DNA of 63,594 bases, filler included, from Salisapilia sapeloensis CBS 127946 (lineage: Eukaryota; Protista; Oomycota): NCBI GenBank assembly GCA_023334545.1. It is 15 parts of 15 records of this genome, joined end to end, with 100 filler letters (N's around TTAATTAATTAA, not from the genome) between each part and the next. Parts side by side here need not be neighbours in the genome. Positions count along the whole stretch, not along the records: positions 58,448 to 61,398 come from JAADVB010000810.1; positions 61,499 to 63,594 come from JAADVB010000961.1; 13 more parts are not named here. One strand, 5' to 3'. Within the stretch, counting starts at the first letter, position 1. Each line of letters starts with the position of its first letter. The translations under genes and the position numbers were made by a program. Positions 60,759 through 63,594 of this stretch are shown here, one piece after another. The notes beneath the pieces were generated by a model. That model searched no databases. It was not told where the DNA came from and saw only the letters and a list, made by a program, of their open reading frames with translations.

Positions 60759-61398
60759 ATGGCAAACCGATACAATCGTTTGGTTCAAATGAACATTTCT
60801 AGACCAATGAAGGGTAAGACTTCACTTGGCACTCAATGCGTGACCGAGCAAAGACCTAATAACCGTGTATGCTGTATTAGCTCTAGAAGTGTTCAATGGA
60901 AAAGTGAAAAATGGTCAAATTCCGTTAGTACTTACGCCGTACTCGATTCTACCAACGTACTATCACCTCTTCATGCAAATACCGTCCGGAGTGTACGTTT
61001 ATACTATTCTCATTCCAAACTGCTTTCGCGTGCTGACCCTTCATGCATAGTTGGGTGCTCAAACAGAAATGGACAGCACACGCCGGCATGGTAGTGCCTG
61101 GAATGAAGATTTTCTGGCCGGGATGGTACCGAGTGAGCCACGTCGTAACGCGACAGACAATTTCCTACTCGGTAAGGCTACTCGAAATATGGGTTACAAG
61201 GTCCCTCTGAAGTCATCTCACTTGAACATTGTGTAGAATCCTGTCAAGGAGTGTCCGACTAGCGATAACGTAATGATAGACATCGACGTATCTATCAGTC
61301 TCCAAATTGGTCCGAATGAAGAAGACGTGGTCAAGTTTGTGTACACTTTGGGAGCTAATCGTTTGGACGAGTGGCTGTACAGTATCACACAAGAGTCG
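60759..61398 (+). CDS. Second SPFH/band-7 paralogue, spliced, 3' truncated (not shown intact in the ORF track)
   Basis: Introns 60814-60880, 60993-61050 and 61172-61236 (all GT...AG) give MANRYNRLVQMNISRPMKALEVFNGKVKNGQIPLVLTP...IPSGVWVLKQKW...WPGWYRVSHVVTRQTISYSNPVKECPTSDNVMIDIDVSISLQIG...KFVYTLGANRLDE. Confidence 0.85.
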
Positions 61399-61498
61399 NN
61401 NNNNNNNNNNNNNNNNNNNNNNNNNNNNNNNNNNNNNNNNNNTTAATTAATTAANNNNNNNNNNNNNNNNNNNNNNNNNNNNNNNNNNNNNNNNNNNN

Positions 61499-61639
61499 AT
61501 TGCTGGCCAAGTGAAGGATACGGGCAGATCGAGCATCGGGCTACAAGAGTGTACATTCGCGCACAGCACACTACAGTGCGCACTAACACTCCGAGCATCC
61601 ATCGGAATGGTACGGTGCAGTTGCTCTAGTGAATGGTTA
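61499..61639. repeat. Contig-terminal inverted repeat, left arm (partner 63454-63594)
   Basis: Exact 141-nt reverse complement of the last 141 nt of the window; diverges at position 142. Confidence 0.97.
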
Positions 61640-62272
61640 AAATATTGGATGGGATAGTACTTATAAATGTCGGACCTTTTAGCTTCAAGAGTGAGCGATC
61701 TGCCCATTTTGGTATTGCATAACGTTGATGGCCCCTTGGCTTTCATGTACGCGTATACCGATGCTAGTGATTGCAGTTGCTTGTTCATAAGTATATCATT
61801 AACGACACAGTATACAAACTTGCGCATGTGAAGGAGAATAGGATTGTACCCATGCATGGTACCCAAATGGTGGATTCTCAACACAATTTTCTCATTTATT
61901 CATGACTGACAAGGAAAAGATGCGCTATAGTTACCCTTTGTATGGCTGTGGTTATGGATGATAGGAAAACTATCATAAGTGGAATGAGAATGCTCGATTA
62001 GACCCAAGTTGCAATGCAACCAATGTTCTCGAAAGCTAGGGCCAAAAGAAACATATTAGCATTCGTGCGACACAGAACTCATCTACGCACCCATCCGGAT
62101 ACGGGTTGATCCCTTGTAATCCTCTTTTCTCAACTTCGCGTGCGAAGTGAGTTTTCTCATTACTCCATACACGGGTACAAACAAAAAACTAATCTAATTT
62201 AGAAGCACATTATTCATTCTCCTCGCCGTACGCAAGCCCATTTCAAAATCTGAAAAAGAGGTCTTAAGCAAC

Positions 62273-62611
62273 ATGACATGGACCATGGATGAGCACAAGC
62301 GCTTTATTGATGCGATCCAGCTCCACCCATTCGGACCTTGGAAACAAATCGCTGATTATGTCGGGACGAAAACAGCCCAGGAGACAGCGGCACATGCTCG
62401 TAATTACATTGCTAAAGCAATGCAAGACAGTGATGTTCAACACGGAAGCCTACCCAGACAGAGAGTTGGATCAGACACATGCGGTCCGCTGGAGTTTGAA
62501 GAAGAAACACGCTTTGCCGCTGGGTTCACTGCCGGACTCGCACTCGTCGCACTTCTCAATAATGAACAAGCACAGGAAGAGCCCGAAAGTGAGGTGGACA
62601 CATCTTCATAG
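62273..62611 (+). CDS. Single-repeat Myb-like (SHAQKYF-related) DNA-binding protein
   Basis: WTMDEHKRFIDAIQLHPFGPWKQIADYVGTKTAQETAAHARNY. Confidence 0.8.
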   Translation: MTWTMDEHKRFIDAIQLHPFGPWKQIADYVGTKTAQETAAHARNYIAKAMQDSDVQHGSLPRQRVGSDTCGPLEFEEETRFAAGFTAGLALVALLNNEQAQEEPESEVDTSS

Positions 62612-63453
62612 GGACTATTTCTGGTCACAGCGTAACGTACTTCACTACAAGTTTTCCAACTACTTGACAGTTTCAACAAGAAACGAGAACATTTCTTTAT
62701 CATTGATAGTTTACTCTACCGTATCGCACCTACGAAAAGTTTCTTCTCTAACCTAGTTATCTTTCGCGCTTATATATAATATTTTGCCTCAGCACGTGCA
62801 CACGCAGTGTTAGATAATAATCTATCTTTATAGTGCGATTTGCTTTGCAAAAAGAAGCAGCTTCGTCCATATCCCATTGAAGTACGATTAAGCATGGTCA
62901 TGTTCGCGTCGAGTCCGTATTCAATTAGATTGGTATGCACACTCTTAAATAGCTTCTTAGGTAAACAGAGGCTGTCAAAGTTCTCAAAAATCGTCTTATA
63001 AGTTCGTGTCTTGGGCACTTATGTTTTGGTCGAGCGACTCTTATATTTTCTCGTCTTAAAGTCCAAATTAGCTGCCTTCGGAGCTAGCTGATATGAAAAT
63101 AATTGTTGATAATCTGGAAGGTACGATATTTCTACATGCCGGTGAAGTAAATAATGGACAGACTGCTGATAACTTTTGCGTGATCTGCAAACTTTGACTC
63201 CCCCTATTAGATATAATCAAACTCTGCAACAAAAATTGTAGGAATTGCAAAAAATAACAGTTGGCTAAAGTTCCGGAAACCTAAAAATGAACTTGCATGC
63301 TAGAAGCCTGGCTTATTCGCCGTTTAAGAAGAAGGAGACTATCAGATCAGGACGCCAATTCCATTTAACGTATTTCCATATTCAATTTACATACCATGCT
63401 TGCTACATTCGCCCATTCTGCCCTTACTAAACACGGCCTACTGTCTAATTCTC

Positions 63454-63594
63454 TAACCATTCACTAGAGCAACTGCACCGTACCATTCCGATGGATGCTC
63501 GGAGTGTTAGTGCGCACTGTAGTGTGCTGTGCGCGAATGTACACTCTTGTAGCCCGATGCTCGATCTGCCCGTATCCTTCACTTGGCCAGCAAT
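63454..63594. repeat. Contig-terminal inverted repeat, right arm (partner 61499-61639)
   Basis: Exact 141-nt reverse complement of the contig start. Confidence 0.97.

Noticed and set aside
18470-62611. Transcription-factor genes (WRKY-like, HSF, Myb) inside three ITR contigs as systematic cargo
   Set aside because: The numbers are tiny, these families are large in oomycetes, and the arms of the different contigs are unrelated in sequence.
17070-63594. ITR-bounded contigs as linear plasmids, Polintons or viruses
   Set aside because: There is no protein-primed polymerase, integrase or capsid gene; the contigs carry ordinary intron-containing host genes; and the shared 141-nt length matches an assembler k-mer.

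Overview
This window is not one locus. It is a concatenation of 15 short contigs joined by 14 artificial 100-nt linkers (44 N + TTAATTAATTAA + 44 N). The content is eukaryotic and most consistent with an oomycete: short GT-AG introns, START-like+FYVE proteins, a WRKY19-like Cys/His repeat protein, SKN1/KRE6, FBT and GPH transporters, and an L1-like remnant with archaeal-type RNase H. Contig 1 (1-15163) is a nest of decayed transposons: a pogo fragment, a solo LTR, a Ty1/copia element, a large LINE and an L1 fragment, followed by a two-Myb gene. The most notable biological signal is that LINE (about 5608-13438). Reading through its premature stops, ORF2 is about 2,200 aa with the order APE endonuclease - RT - chromodomain-like - PHD finger - RNase H - CCHC finger - long unassigned C-terminal region, so two candidate histone-reader modules sit between RT and RNase H. 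Five of the 15 contigs end in inverted repeats that are exactly identical for 141 nt, which points to a k=141 de Bruijn assembly. In three of them the homology continues with mismatches, so real inverted duplications underlie at least some. Other points of note are a 350-bp LTR family with hairpin termini (4 copies), a head-to-head pair of SPFH/band-7 paralogues, and a 490-nt hairpin-containing intron. All domain calls are by-eye motif recognition; no HMM or database search was run.
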